Origin: Chitinophagaceae bacterium UBA1946 | GTDB lineage: Bacteria; Bacteroidota; Bacteroidia; Chitinophagales; Chitinophagaceae | NCBI GenBank assembly: GCA_002336815.1 | Contig: DDEU01000078.1 | Location: 11,474-75,473 of the forward strand | Direction: 5' to 3' | Length of the DNA: 64,000 nucleotides | Part shown: one piece after another, positions 9,940 through 19,360 of the stretch | Layout of the letters: every line of letters begins with the position of its first letter | Position numbering within the stretch: position 1 is the first letter of the stretch | The notes under the pieces: model-generated | Databases searched by the model: none | Told to the model about the DNA's origin: nothing | What the model saw: the letters and a program-made list of their open reading frames with translations, nothing else | Position numbers and translations under genes: made by a program

Positions 9940-11373
9940 ATGAATTTAAGCATCAGCGAACAGGAAACCGCCTCCTTACTCGGCACATTGCAGGTGGCTA
10001 ATTTGAAATTTCAAAAAACATACCCCGGTGACAAACCCGACCGCCAGCCGGTGCATACCGTTTATGGCGGTGCCAACTTATTCAAAAGCGACACCACGCT
10101 GAAAATGGGTGAGGTTGCATTAAGAAGCCTTAAATCTTATGCACCCAACTTCTGCATACTGGCCAAAGTATTAAAGCTGGAGAACCACGAACATTTTCCA
10201 ACATTGGAGAAAGATATTGAAGCGCTTACAAAAAAGCTGGATGACATGACGGCGGAAGAACGCAAGGCAGAACCGGCCTGGCTGGCCTATTCAGTGTATA
10301 ATAAAATGGTAACAAAGCTGCAGGCAGAAGCCGTAGAAGATTTTCGGATCGACTTTGAAGATGGTTTTGGAAACCGTCCGAATGAGGAAGAAGATGCCAC
10401 TGCTGTAAACGCCGCCAAAGAACTGGCCGAAGGCATGAAAAATAAAACCATTTCTCCCTTTATCGGCATCCGTGTAAAGCCATTTACGGAAGACCTGAAA
10501 GCAAGAGGCGTAAGAACCTTAGATATATTCCTGACGACATTACTCACTGCTACAAACGGAGAACTGCCTCCGAATTTCGTGGTGATGTTACCGAAAGTAA
10601 CCATCCCGGAGCAGGTAACCGCCATGGTTAGGTTCTTTGAGATCATCGAAAAAAAGTTCAACCTTGCTGCCGGCACACTCAAAATGGAGACCATGGTGGA
10701 AGCTACGCAGATCATCATGGATGAAGAAGGACGCAATCCGCTGATGCGTATCGTGAGGGCAGGAGAGGGGCGTTTGATCAACGCACATTTTGGTACCTAT
10801 GATTATACCGCCAGTTGCGGCATCACTGCCAAATACCAAACCATGGCGCACAGTGTGTGCGACTTTGCCCATCACATGACCAAGGTTGCGCTGGCACATA
10901 CCGGCATCTTCCTCAGCGATGGCGCCACCAATGTAATGCCTGTAGCGCCGCACCGTGGCGATAACCTCAGCACAGAACAACTCATCGAAAACCGCGACAG
11001 TGTACACAATGCCTGGCGCATTGGTTTCAATCATACCACGCATTCATTGATCAATGGATTGTACCAGGGCTGGGATCTCAATCCTGCACAATTGCCCATG
11101 CGTTATGCCGCCACTTACAATTTCTTTTTAAGCAGCTACAGCGATGCCGTATTTCGTTTGAAAACATTTGTAGAACGTGCCGCCATCAGCACCCTCACCG
11201 GCGATATTTTTGATGATGCCGCCACTGGCCAGGGCCTGCTCAATTTCTTTTTAAAAGCCATCAACTGCGGTGCGATTACGGAGGAAGAAGCCACCGCCAC
11301 CGGGTTGAGTTTGGATGAGATCAGGACAAGGTCGTTTTACCGGATATTGGAGGGGAGGAGGAATAAGAAGTAA
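9940..11373 (+). CDS. HpcH/CitE/malate-synthase-like TIM-barrel enzyme (DUF6986-like), last gene of the allantoin operon
   Basis: RQPVHTVYGGA, RIDFEDGFG, GIRVK, LPKV, MVE, HFGTYDY, SDGATN, QGWDL motifs resemble the aldolase/citrate-lyase superfamily. Confidence 0.8.
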   Translation: MNLSISEQETASLLGTLQVANLKFQKTYPGDKPDRQPVHTVYGGANLFKSDTTLKMGEVALRSLKSYAPNFCILAKVLKLENHEHFPTLEKDIEALTKKLDDMTAEERKAEPAWLAYSVYNKMVTKLQAEAVEDFRIDFEDGFGNRPNEEEDATAVNAAKELAEGMKNKTISPFIGIRVKPFTEDLKARGVRTLDIFLTTLLTATNGELPPNFVVMLPKVTIPEQVTAMVRFFEIIEKKFNLAAGTLKMETMVEATQIIMDEEGRNPLMRIVRAGEGRLINAHFGTYDYTASCGITAKYQTMAHSVCDFAHHMTKVALAHTGIFLSDGATNVMPVAPHRGDNLSTEQLIENRDSVHNAWRIGFNHTTHSLINGLYQGWDLNPAQLPMRYAATYNFFLSSYSDAVFRLKTFVERAAISTLTGDIFDDAATGQGLLNFFLKAINCGAITEEEATATGLSLDEIRTRSFYRILEGRRNKK

Positions 11374-11458
11374 AAAGTAAAAATTCAAAAGTCAAAAAAA
11401 GGGAGCATTTGATTAGAAAGCTCCCTTTTATATTTTTACATTTTTAACTTTTGACTTA
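11371..11458 (+). terminator. Intrinsic terminator extended by heptamer arms
   Basis: aagggagc ... gctcccttt stem, flanked by taaaaag-taaaaat-tcaaaag-tcaaaaa and ttacatt-tttaact-tttgact. Confidence 0.75.
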
Positions 11459-11464
11459 GCTTCA

Positions 11465-11501
11465 GTGCAGGTGGCGACATCGTTGTGTCACTCACTTGTA
11501 C
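11465..11501. repeat. Imperfect hairpin element (gtgcaggtggcgaca / tgtcactcacttgtac)
   Basis: Arms pair with G-U wobbles, one bulge and one mismatch; single copy in the window. Confidence 0.4.
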
Positions 11502-11530
11502 GGCATATCTTTATTGAGTTTTTATTTTCA

Positions 11531-11677
11531 CCTTTGTTGGTTTGTCATTAAAAGCGGCAAGCTATTTCTAATGCCGTTGTTGGTCTTGTTGACCAACAAC
11601 CGGTTCGTAAGCCATTTTGCTTTTTAAATACACAATCCAATTGAAGATGTTAGTTAATAAGATCAGCATTGGCGAAA
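11531..11677. repeat. ~147-bp direct repeat, copy 1 (contains an inverted pair of GTTGGTC-N5-GACCAAC hairpins)
   Basis: Aligns with 12174-12319 at about 80-85% identity by eye. Confidence 0.9.
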
Positions 11678-11730
11678 AAAACGTTATTGGTAAGGGGGAT
11701 TCAAAATGCAAAAGCAAATCAAAATGACAT

Positions 11731-12166
11731 AATGTTGAAGTCAAAAAAAATACGAAAAGCTATCAGGCCAATATTTAAAATAGATGCCATGTTCCTGGTT
11801 TTATTATTTATTTCGGGCAAAGCTTTCTCCCAGGGAGTAATTTATGGCGTAGTAAAATCAGAAGGAACTTATGTGGAGTCTTCAAAAAAAGACAGGTGGG
11901 AACATCAGGATCAAATTGATGGATTAAACTTTATTTTCTATGATTCTGCAAGAGCTAAGATTTATAGGTTGTTTTATAGAAAAAACGGCCGCATATCAGG
12001 GGGATCAAAAACTTTCAACCAGGAAGGCATGTTAATGATACTTCAATATTACAGCGATGGGCTTTATAATGGGTATACATACAAATGGAATGATAAAGGT
12101 GTACTGGTAACTAAGGAATTATATAAAGATGGTGATCTAATAAAAATATGGCATTATAAAAATTAG
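11731..12166 (+). CDS. AT-rich exported protein with MORN-variant/YwqK-antitoxin-like repeats
   Basis: Hydrophobic signal-like segment (FLVLLFISGKAFSQ); repeats KNGRISG.SKTFNQEG, YSDGLYNGYTYKWNDKG, YKDG. Start uncertain (TTG 11669, ATG 11731 or a later ATG). Confidence 0.65.
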
Positions 12167-12173
12167 TTTTTTG

Positions 12174-12319
12174 CCTTTGTTGCTATCTCATTAAAGGCGG
12201 CAAGCTATCCCGAATGCCGTTGTTGGTTTTGTTGACCAACAAGCGAAGCGTAATCCATTTTGCTTTTAAATACATAATACGATTGATGATGTTGGTCAAT
12301 AAGACCAACATCGGCGAAA
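12174..12319. repeat. ~146-bp direct repeat, copy 2
   Basis: gccgttgttggttttgttgaccaaca ... tgttggtcaataagaccaacatcggc inverted arms; begins 7 bp after the stop of the upstream gene. Confidence 0.9.
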
Positions 12320-12376
12320 GAAATATAAATGCTTCCTGCGCCACGAACCAGGGCGGGAGGAACATGCAAGGCCTAC

Positions 12377-12650
12377 CTGGCGCAGGTCTCCCGACCTGCT
12401 GCCATTCGTCGCTGATCTAAAAATTTTTTTATGTGGCATTTGCAATATAGATAAGTAACAAGAAGGCACAGGTCGGGAGACCTGAGCCAGTGTGAAATTG
12501 AATTAGACGCCCCTTCTCCTTGGTTACTGTCCCTACAAATAATCTCCACACCAATCACAAAAAATTATTTAAGCTAATCGGTTTCCATCGGCTCGAACCT
12601 TGGCCAAGTACTCTACTCCTTGCTGGCGCAAGGTCTCCCGACCTGCTGCC
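12377..12650. repeat. REP-like palindromes CTGGCGCAGGTCTCCCGACCTG(C)TGCC, three copies
   Basis: 12377-12403 (+), 12465-12490 (inverted), 12623-12650 (+); each has a AGGTC-tccc-GACCT hairpin. Confidence 0.88.
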
Positions 12651-13018
12651 ATTCGTCTCTTGTCTATAAAAATATCTAAGCCAACTAATTCCCTCGATTT
12701 GGCTCTTGTCCCTCGTACCATCTCCACACAATTCATAAAGAAATTTTTTAAGCGAAGCGGTTACTGTCCTTACGAACCTTAGCGGAGCTATCCGCAAAGC
12801 AGGGAGAAAACAGACATTGCTGACAAATAAAAGGACTAAAATAGTCAACAGCGTTTTTTTGACGGCATCGTTTTTGTTAATTGTTTAATATCATCTTCTT
12901 TCGACTGAAAAATCTGCAAACGGGATGACCCGGTGATTTTTCGATCGACAAATCTCTAACATCAAAGAGAATTTTAATTATGTTCACCAACGGACATTAA
13001 ATCGTAACCAAAATACAG

Positions 13019-14686
13019 ATGCAACAGAAACGTTTACCCAAACAATTTTTTATTACTTCAATTTTAATTTTAGTAACGGGCGTAAGCTACACCCAAACCC
13101 TTTCACGAAGTTTTGATGTATCCTTTGTTTCGGAGCACAGGCTTGCAAAAGGCTCTGTGGAAAATATTGCCCATATTGTAGATGTTTCCGATATCCATAA
13201 TGCTGTTTCACCAACTCCGTTATTGTTACCCCCATCCTGCACCGTTAACATTCAGCCAGCCGACAGATCAGTAATTACTGCATCCCCGGTTACATTTAGC
13301 TGGAGTGCAACATCCGGTGCAGCTTATTATACTTTGTATCTTGGTACCAGCAATCCTCCTTCACCAGCAGACAGCCTTTTAGATATTACCGATACTTTTT
13401 TTGTGCGTGTTGGGCTCACAGGTAATACAACTTATTATTGGTATGTAACACCCAAAAATGCTGATGGCAGCGCTGCAGGATGTGAAACAAATTTCAGCAG
13501 TTTTACAACTGGTTCGGGTGCGCCTAATGATCACTGTGATAACCCGGTAACACTTTCTGTTAACAATGGATATTGTGCCAGTCCTTTGCTGGGCACACTG
13601 GCATTTGCCGATACCACTGCGGGCCTGGGTGTACCTTCCTGCCAAACCACGGGAAGACGTACCGATGTTTGGTACCAGCTAACAATACCTGCAACCGGCA
13701 GTGTAACCATACAAACTTCTGCAGTAGACCCGGGTGTAACAGACATCGTAGTGCAGGCTTATACAGGTTCCTGTGGCAGCCTGGCATCTGTTGGCTGTAA
13801 TGATGACGGTAATCCGGCACCCACGCTTCCATCTGCATTACATGCCAAACTCGGTTTAACCGGAAGAACACCCGGCGAAGTGATCCTGGTGAGGGTAACA
13901 CCTTACGGCCTTACAGATGAAGGAGAATTTGCAATCTGTGCTTTTGATACGGCTACTTCAGTAATGCCTCCTGTAGCAACGGGTACACCTGGAACCTGTA
14001 TAAATGCTGTGCCGGTTGATATTGGCGCTGCCTACAAATACACTTGGGCAACATTGGTAGATACAAATGGTCATCTCATCGCACAGGTGTATCCCAATGG
14101 TAATGACCTGGGAGTAACCAATGCTTCGTTGTTTATCAATAATGATACTGTACGATCAACTGGCACTGTGTATTATTTAGACAGGAACATTACATTGCAA
14201 CCTCAAACCCAGGCAAGCAGCGAGGTTACCACAAGGATATATTTCAAAGACACAGAATTGCAGGCATTGGCGGCGGTAACAGGAGGAATACAGTTGAGCG
14301 AGCTAAATGCAACCCGTACGAAACAACTATGTGAAGTTTCTGCAACGGCAGCTACATGCGGAGGCAATTATCTAAACCAGTACAGCAACGGTAATTATTT
14401 GTCAGATCATTTTGCAGAGTATAAAAGCAGAACCCCGGCCACCTTCTACCTGCACAAGGGAACGACTGTAATTTCCGGCGCCAATATCTGGACGGGTGTG
14501 GTGAATCAACTTTGGGAAACGCCCGGTAACTGGAGTTGCGGAAGGATACCCGATGCAGATACGGATGTAATCATCAATTCGGGTACCGTAATTATTAATT
14601 CTGCTGCTATTTGCAAAAGGATCAATGCAGGACCTTCCGCAAACATAACTGTAACACCAGGGTTTAGTTTAACAGTGACAAATTAA
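13019..14686 (+). CDS. Secreted multidomain protein (FN3 + Cys-containing beta domain) with Trp-rich C-terminal module
   Basis: Signal peptide; FN3-like FSWSATSGAAYYTLY...YYWYVTPKN; PNDHC...DVWY...GSCGSL..VGCNDD; ends WTGVVNQLWETPGNWSCGRIP...LTVTN. Confidence 0.85.
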   Translation: MQQKRLPKQFFITSILILVTGVSYTQTLSRSFDVSFVSEHRLAKGSVENIAHIVDVSDIHNAVSPTPLLLPPSCTVNIQPADRSVITASPVTFSWSATSGAAYYTLYLGTSNPPSPADSLLDITDTFFVRVGLTGNTTYYWYVTPKNADGSAAGCETNFSSFTTGSGAPNDHCDNPVTLSVNNGYCASPLLGTLAFADTTAGLGVPSCQTTGRRTDVWYQLTIPATGSVTIQTSAVDPGVTDIVVQAYTGSCGSLASVGCNDDGNPAPTLPSALHAKLGLTGRTPGEVILVRVTPYGLTDEGEFAICAFDTATSVMPPVATGTPGTCINAVPVDIGAAYKYTWATLVDTNGHLIAQVYPNGNDLGVTNASLFINNDTVRSTGTVYYLDRNITLQPQTQASSEVTTRIYFKDTELQALAAVTGGIQLSELNATRTKQLCEVSATAATCGGNYLNQYSNGNYLSDHFAEYKSRTPATFYLHKGTTVISGANIWTGVVNQLWETPGNWSCGRIPDADTDVIINSGTVIINSAAICKRINAGPSANITVTPGFSLTVTN

Positions 14687-14777
14687 ACGATCTTTCGCCT
14701 TGGTTCGCTGCTATAAAAGTACCATGCGCCAATTTACAGATCAGGTTTCCTGTCCCCACGGAGCATAGTGGAGTGCC

Positions 14778-15218
14778 TCACTCTTTGTTATCAAAGTCAA
14801 ATTCAGGTATACCTGGATTTTTCGGGTCTGCACCATAATTATTGGGGTAAGGGTTGCCATCAGTGCAAAGCCACACCAATAATAGTATTGGTCCCACTAC
14901 CGGGATAAGCCTGATAAAGTAATACCATCCGCTTCTGTTGAGATCATGCAGGCGCCTTACAACTACAGCCAACCAGGGAATAATTAAGCCAATGAAACCC
15001 AGCCCTATAATAATTAATCCTATTTCGGTGAAGCTGTCATTGCCATTTTCACCAACTATCATTGATAATATAAATACGGGAATAAAAAGGATAATATTGA
15101 AGAGTACAAAGTACCAATACTCAGACCTCCGGGCCCGGCCACTAAAGTTGGCATAATTATGAAAGACTGCCTTTTTCCACCAGTCAATCATGTTATAATC
15201 TGATTCCTGCTTTTCCAT
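14778..15218 (-). CDS. DUF805 family inner-membrane protein
   Basis: NYANFSGRARRSEYW, VRRLHDLNRSGW, N.YGADP. Confidence 0.92.
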   Translation of the reverse strand: MEKQESDYNMIDWWKKAVFHNYANFSGRARRSEYWYFVLFNIILFIPVFILSMIVGENGNDSFTEIGLIIIGLGFIGLIIPWLAVVVRRLHDLNRSGWYYFIRLIPVVGPILLLVWLCTDGNPYPNNYGADPKNPGIPEFDFDNKE

Positions 15219-15441
15219 ATTGATTATTTTAATGAGTTAAAAAAACAAGAATAAGAAAATTTCCAATTAAAACAAAACTCCGTTTATAACGGGCCTTTGT
15301 CATTTCATAAAATATATCTTCCATTTACTGAAACGTCTTCTATCGAAATTAACCACTCTGTAAATTATAAAGATTCTCAGCAACTTTTCTTCATGAAACA
15401 AGGCGGGGAGCTGTTGTCATGTGGTGGTTGGTACAAATTTT

Positions 15442-16376
15442 CTATTCGCTCATCAGGTAACCTCTAAAATCGAGATAATGCCCGATGTTAAGTGAAGCTG
15501 CTCCGGGGTTAGATGATACCATTGGCTTTAGTACTGAACCCGCAGTAATGTAGAGATCAAACTGTAAGTACGCACAACGCCATACCATTGCGAATTGCCT
15601 GAACTTGTTTTGGCCGGTAGTATATCTTCGATTATGCCCATGTAATAATCATTACCCCCGGTTGTAAAGTTAAAACCCAGTATACTGTAGGGAGGAAAAG
15701 CGGCACCAGGAAAATATTCAGCAGACACACTGAGGCTTCCATCAAAATGATATAAACCAGTTTTGTTTACCGTGATACTGTTGCTGCCAATTACAATATC
15801 TGCAGCATTGGTATTATAAACGGTATTGATGAAAGCAAAATCCAAACCTACGGCATCGAGTGCCATTCCCTTAACAAAAAACCTGGTATTATTATTAAAA
15901 GAACTCGCTTTCCATTGAGGTGCCCCGGAACTTGTAGCCGTTAACACCTGGCCGGAGATTCCGGCATTGCCATTTATTCGTAAAGAACTGTTGAGGTTTA
16001 CATCGCCATTTACATCAAGTTTATAAACGGGGGCCTTTTTGCCAATGCCAATATTGCCATCCGTTTTTAAAGTCAATATTGAATCATTATTATTAACAGC
16101 CTGGTTAGAAATAGCTGAAAAATATAGGCCTTCCTGCCTGTTGGCAGTGATGAGAAAATCGGTTCCTTCGCCGCTAATCCGCCGGTTGCTTAATTCCAGT
16201 TGTGCAGTGTCGTTGTAATCAAGCGACCTGATCTTTACTTTCGATTTGATTCCTTTTTTTACTTCAAGCATCGCTGTGCTGTCTGTAACAGGAGTTCCAT
16301 CCCTGTTAATGGCTACCTGGCAAAGCAATGAGAAGGATGAAAATAGAATGATGCCAAGGATCGATAATTTTTTCAT
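15442..16376 (-). pseudogene. Secreted protein with GNIGIG fibre-like repeat and C1q-like C-terminus, frameshifted near 15560 (real or sequencing error)
   Basis: ORF track stops at 15528. Adding one base to the AAA run at 15559-15561 continues the frame as ...YSFDLYITAGSVLKPMVSSNPGAASLNIGHYLDFRGYLMSE* to 15442. Likely start MKKLSIL at 16376. Confidence 0.7.
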
Positions 16377-16409
16377 GAGATGTTTTGGGTTATTCATTTA
16401 GCAGTATTA

Positions 16410-16417
16410 CAAATATA
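16410..16417 (-). promoter_or_regulatory. Bacteroidota -7 promoter box TATATTTG
   Basis: Matches TAnnTTTG about 35 nt upstream of the 16376 start. Confidence 0.45.
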
Positions 16418-16591
16418 ATTATTCGAAATCTTTTAACCTGCAAAGATTAGCGTTCGTCAATATTGAGCAGGGCTACCCCATTAGTTGCCAAAATCTATAC
16501 GTGCCCCAATCATTTGATCACACTCATAGTTATACCAATTCCAGCATACCTAAGTGATAACAAGTCGCCGTTCAGCAACCTGCTCCAAAAG

Positions 16592-16630
16592 AAAAAGAGG
16601 CTATCTTACAAATGAAGACAGCCTCTTTTA
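16592..16630 (-). terminator. Intrinsic terminator
   Basis: aaaagaggctatctt / aagacagcctctttt hairpin just after the 16642 stop. Confidence 0.75.
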
Positions 16631-16641
16631 TCAACCGGCAA

Positions 16642-18846
16642 TTATCTTTCTACTATTACTTTGATTGCTTTGGTTTCACCATTACTGGTATATCTCACCA
16701 TGTACATACCTGCAGGTAGGTTAGCCGCTGTAATTGTTTCCTGCACTGCGCCATTAACAGTCCTGCAATCTTTTTGCCATACTGATTTGCCATACATGTC
16801 AGTAATAGTTACAGTCACTTTGCCATCAGTTCCCGCTGTGGTCAACAAAAGTTTAAACGTGCCTTTGTTGGGATTGGGGTAAACTGTGGCGCTTGTCAAA
16901 TCAACCTCTTCACCAATTTTCTTCATCCTGGTATCTCCACAGCCGCATCTGCCGACAACGGTTACACACACGGCTTGCCTTTCACTTTCGCAAAGCCCGG
17001 CCACTGTCTGCGTTACATAATAGGTACCCGTGTGTAAAGCTGCAGAAGCTGGCAAGGGCGTAGCAGAGGTGCTGCTGCCGTACCATTTGAGCGCCGTGCC
17101 GGTTGCCCTGAGATCACAAACTGTTGGATTATTGCGACATAAAAAGCGCTGTGCTGAAGCCAGGGGTTTACCCGGTGTTGCAAACACACGTACCCTTACT
17201 TTTTGCCGGGCACTTTCGCAGCCTCCCACCGTTTGCGTTGCATAGTAGGCGCCTGCTGCATTGAGTGTTCTTGTAAGCGCCAATGGCCTGCTGCCGGTTG
17301 ACACATCATACCATTTAATTCCCTGCCCCGTAGCTGTTAAATCCGCCACTGTCGGGTTGGCATTGCTGCAAAAATGCTGGTCTGCCGGAGATGCCGGCGG
17401 CGTTGTGCTGCATGCTCCGTTTAATTTAACCAGCAACCAATCTGCATCGCCCTTATTAACGATATTGCCAAAACTACTGAATGAATTGCCTGCAACCAAT
17501 AAGCCTCCATCTGCTGTGTTGACCAGGTCGTTGCCGGTTTCATCTTTATCGCCACCATAACTTGCAGACCATATCAGGTCTCCATTGCTGCCATTTATTT
17601 TTATAAGCCATATGTCTGAATTGGCGGGCTGGCCTGCGGCAGAAGGCGCATGCCCCGTTACCTGCTGGTCGTCTGACCTGGAACTACCGGCTATCACATA
17701 GTGTCCATCAGGTTGTTGTATAATGCTGGAAGGTGTATCATCCTGCGAACCGCCATATAGTTTAGACCATTGCACATTCAATGTGCTGTTGAATTTTATT
17801 GCCCAGTAATCATTACCGCCGTGATGAGTAGTACCGGTTAAATCCCCGTCTTCAGAATCTGTTGTTCCGGTTACAATGTATCCGCCATCTGTTGTAGCTG
17901 TGATTGCTACAGCCCTGTTGAAACCGCTGCCGCCAAATGGCCGGGCGCTTTGGAATACACCCGACAAACTAACTTTTACAATAAATACCTCCCCGGTGAA
18001 TATGGGGCTGCTTATAAAAACATATCCATCTGCAGTTTCTATCAATGTTTTGATTACTCCGTCTTCCGTTTTTAGATCAGGATAGAAATTGTTTGCCCAG
18101 GCAATATCTCCGTTGCTGTTTAATTTTACCAGGTATGGGATCAAAGGGTAACCGGAACCAAACATGCTTACAAAACCAGCATAGTTCGGCTCTCCCGGAA
18201 CTACTTCTTTTTTAAGTGATAATAAATATCCGCCATCGCTCGTCCGGATAATTTTCCCGGGATAATTTACCGGGTAACCTGTTGCGTGAATAGCGCCGTC
18301 ACCGATGGGACCAAAGATTGAAAAGGGCAGGGTTTTGGTCCAGTTAATATTTCCTGCAGCATCAATTTTTACTACCCAGGTGAGTACGTTCGGATAGGCC
18401 GGAATAACAACGGGGCCACCGTCGCCCCCGGCACCACCATCAAACTGGAGTTCGCCATTTGGATGATCGGTTACATCGCCATCCTGCGAATCAGAAGAAC
18501 CAGCAATTATAAAACCGCCGTTGTTTGTGAGATCGACAGAAACGGCAATATCGTTGTGAGATCCGCCGTAGCTTTTTTGCCAAACCACATTACCTGCGGC
18601 ATCCAGCCTCATCACCAAATAGTCAGTAGAATCAACCGGGCCGTGGTGGCCGTTCACATCAGCATTGTTTGAATTTGATTCGCCCACAACAATATAACCG
18701 TTGTCGGGTAATTGTTTTACGGAATATGGTTTGTCTGTATTAAGGCCTCCATAGTTTTTAATCCATTGAAGGCTTGGTTGTGCATTTGTAACAAGGCCTG
18801 CTGACATGAGCAGGGATAATGCTGCCATGAGTAATTTTCTTTTCAT
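16642..18846 (-). CDS. T9SS type A CTD protein with beta-propeller repeats and two Ig-like repeats
   Basis: Signal peptide; repeated W.K.YGG..D....DGGYIV.G; two Q.FC..NPTV.DL.ATG...KWY...YY.TQTV..CES.R repeats; canonical CTD VYPNPNKG...LPAGMYMVRY...KVIVER. Confidence 0.9.
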   Translation of the reverse strand: MKRKLLMAALSLLMSAGLVTNAQPSLQWIKNYGGLNTDKPYSVKQLPDNGYIVVGESNSNNADVNGHHGPVDSTDYLVMRLDAAGNVVWQKSYGGSHNDIAVSVDLTNNGGFIIAGSSDSQDGDVTDHPNGELQFDGGAGGDGGPVVIPAYPNVLTWVVKIDAAGNINWTKTLPFSIFGPIGDGAIHATGYPVNYPGKIIRTSDGGYLLSLKKEVVPGEPNYAGFVSMFGSGYPLIPYLVKLNSNGDIAWANNFYPDLKTEDGVIKTLIETADGYVFISSPIFTGEVFIVKVSLSGVFQSARPFGGSGFNRAVAITATTDGGYIVTGTTDSEDGDLTGTTHHGGNDYWAIKFNSTLNVQWSKLYGGSQDDTPSSIIQQPDGHYVIAGSSRSDDQQVTGHAPSAAGQPANSDIWLIKINGSNGDLIWSASYGGDKDETGNDLVNTADGGLLVAGNSFSSFGNIVNKGDADWLLVKLNGACSTTPPASPADQHFCSNANPTVADLTATGQGIKWYDVSTGSRPLALTRTLNAAGAYYATQTVGGCESARQKVRVRVFATPGKPLASAQRFLCRNNPTVCDLRATGTALKWYGSSTSATPLPASAALHTGTYYVTQTVAGLCESERQAVCVTVVGRCGCGDTRMKKIGEEVDLTSATVYPNPNKGTFKLLLTTAGTDGKVTVTITDMYGKSVWQKDCRTVNGAVQETITAANLPAGMYMVRYTSNGETKAIKVIVER

Positions 18847-19360
18847 GTTGATTTTTTTAGTGTGAATAAAAAAGAATGCAGGTATTGCAGAAGGATGATT
18901 TAGACTTTACGTTTTGGCGGAATAACAAGAATAAAACAGGCAAAGAAACTAATAGTACTTAGATCAAAATTTTTCGATGATAAAAGAAGTCATCAAATAA
19001 AATGATGTATTAAAACTACCACATTTTTGGTATAAATGGTTAATGATTGGCAACAATTTAATAACTGCATTGTTTCAGCAATGAGTGCATTGTTTTTGGG
19101 AATAAGTGACAAGTCTTAGCGTTATAAAGTAAACAGTTCCGGCCATATTGATACAAACCCCTTTTTGCCAGGTTTTGAGATACAACAGGCATCCAGTCGT
19201 TATTACTTAACTAAATTATATATATGCCGGTACCTGGCATACAGCCACCAGTCACCGGGAAAACGCAGGCCCCGTAAATATTGATCTCTCCTGCTGCCCA
19301 GCCTTTTAAAATGAACTTTCAGTACGCAAATGTGTTATAGTCCACAATATTAATGTACTT

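Noticed and set aside
11731-12166. Complete toxin-antitoxin or polymorphic toxin locus
   Set aside because: Only an antitoxin-like repeat protein is present; no adjacent toxin or RHS gene
11531-12319. Canonical integron attC sites
   Set aside because: Arms (gaccaac / gttggtc) do not fit RYYYAAC...GTTRRRY well and no intI is in the window; kept only as a cassette-like analogy
12183-12848. Short ORFs 12183-12365, 12214-12420, 12373-12558, 12555-12848 and 12600-12782
   Set aside because: They run through palindromic repeats, mostly use non-ATG starts and show no protein-like motifs
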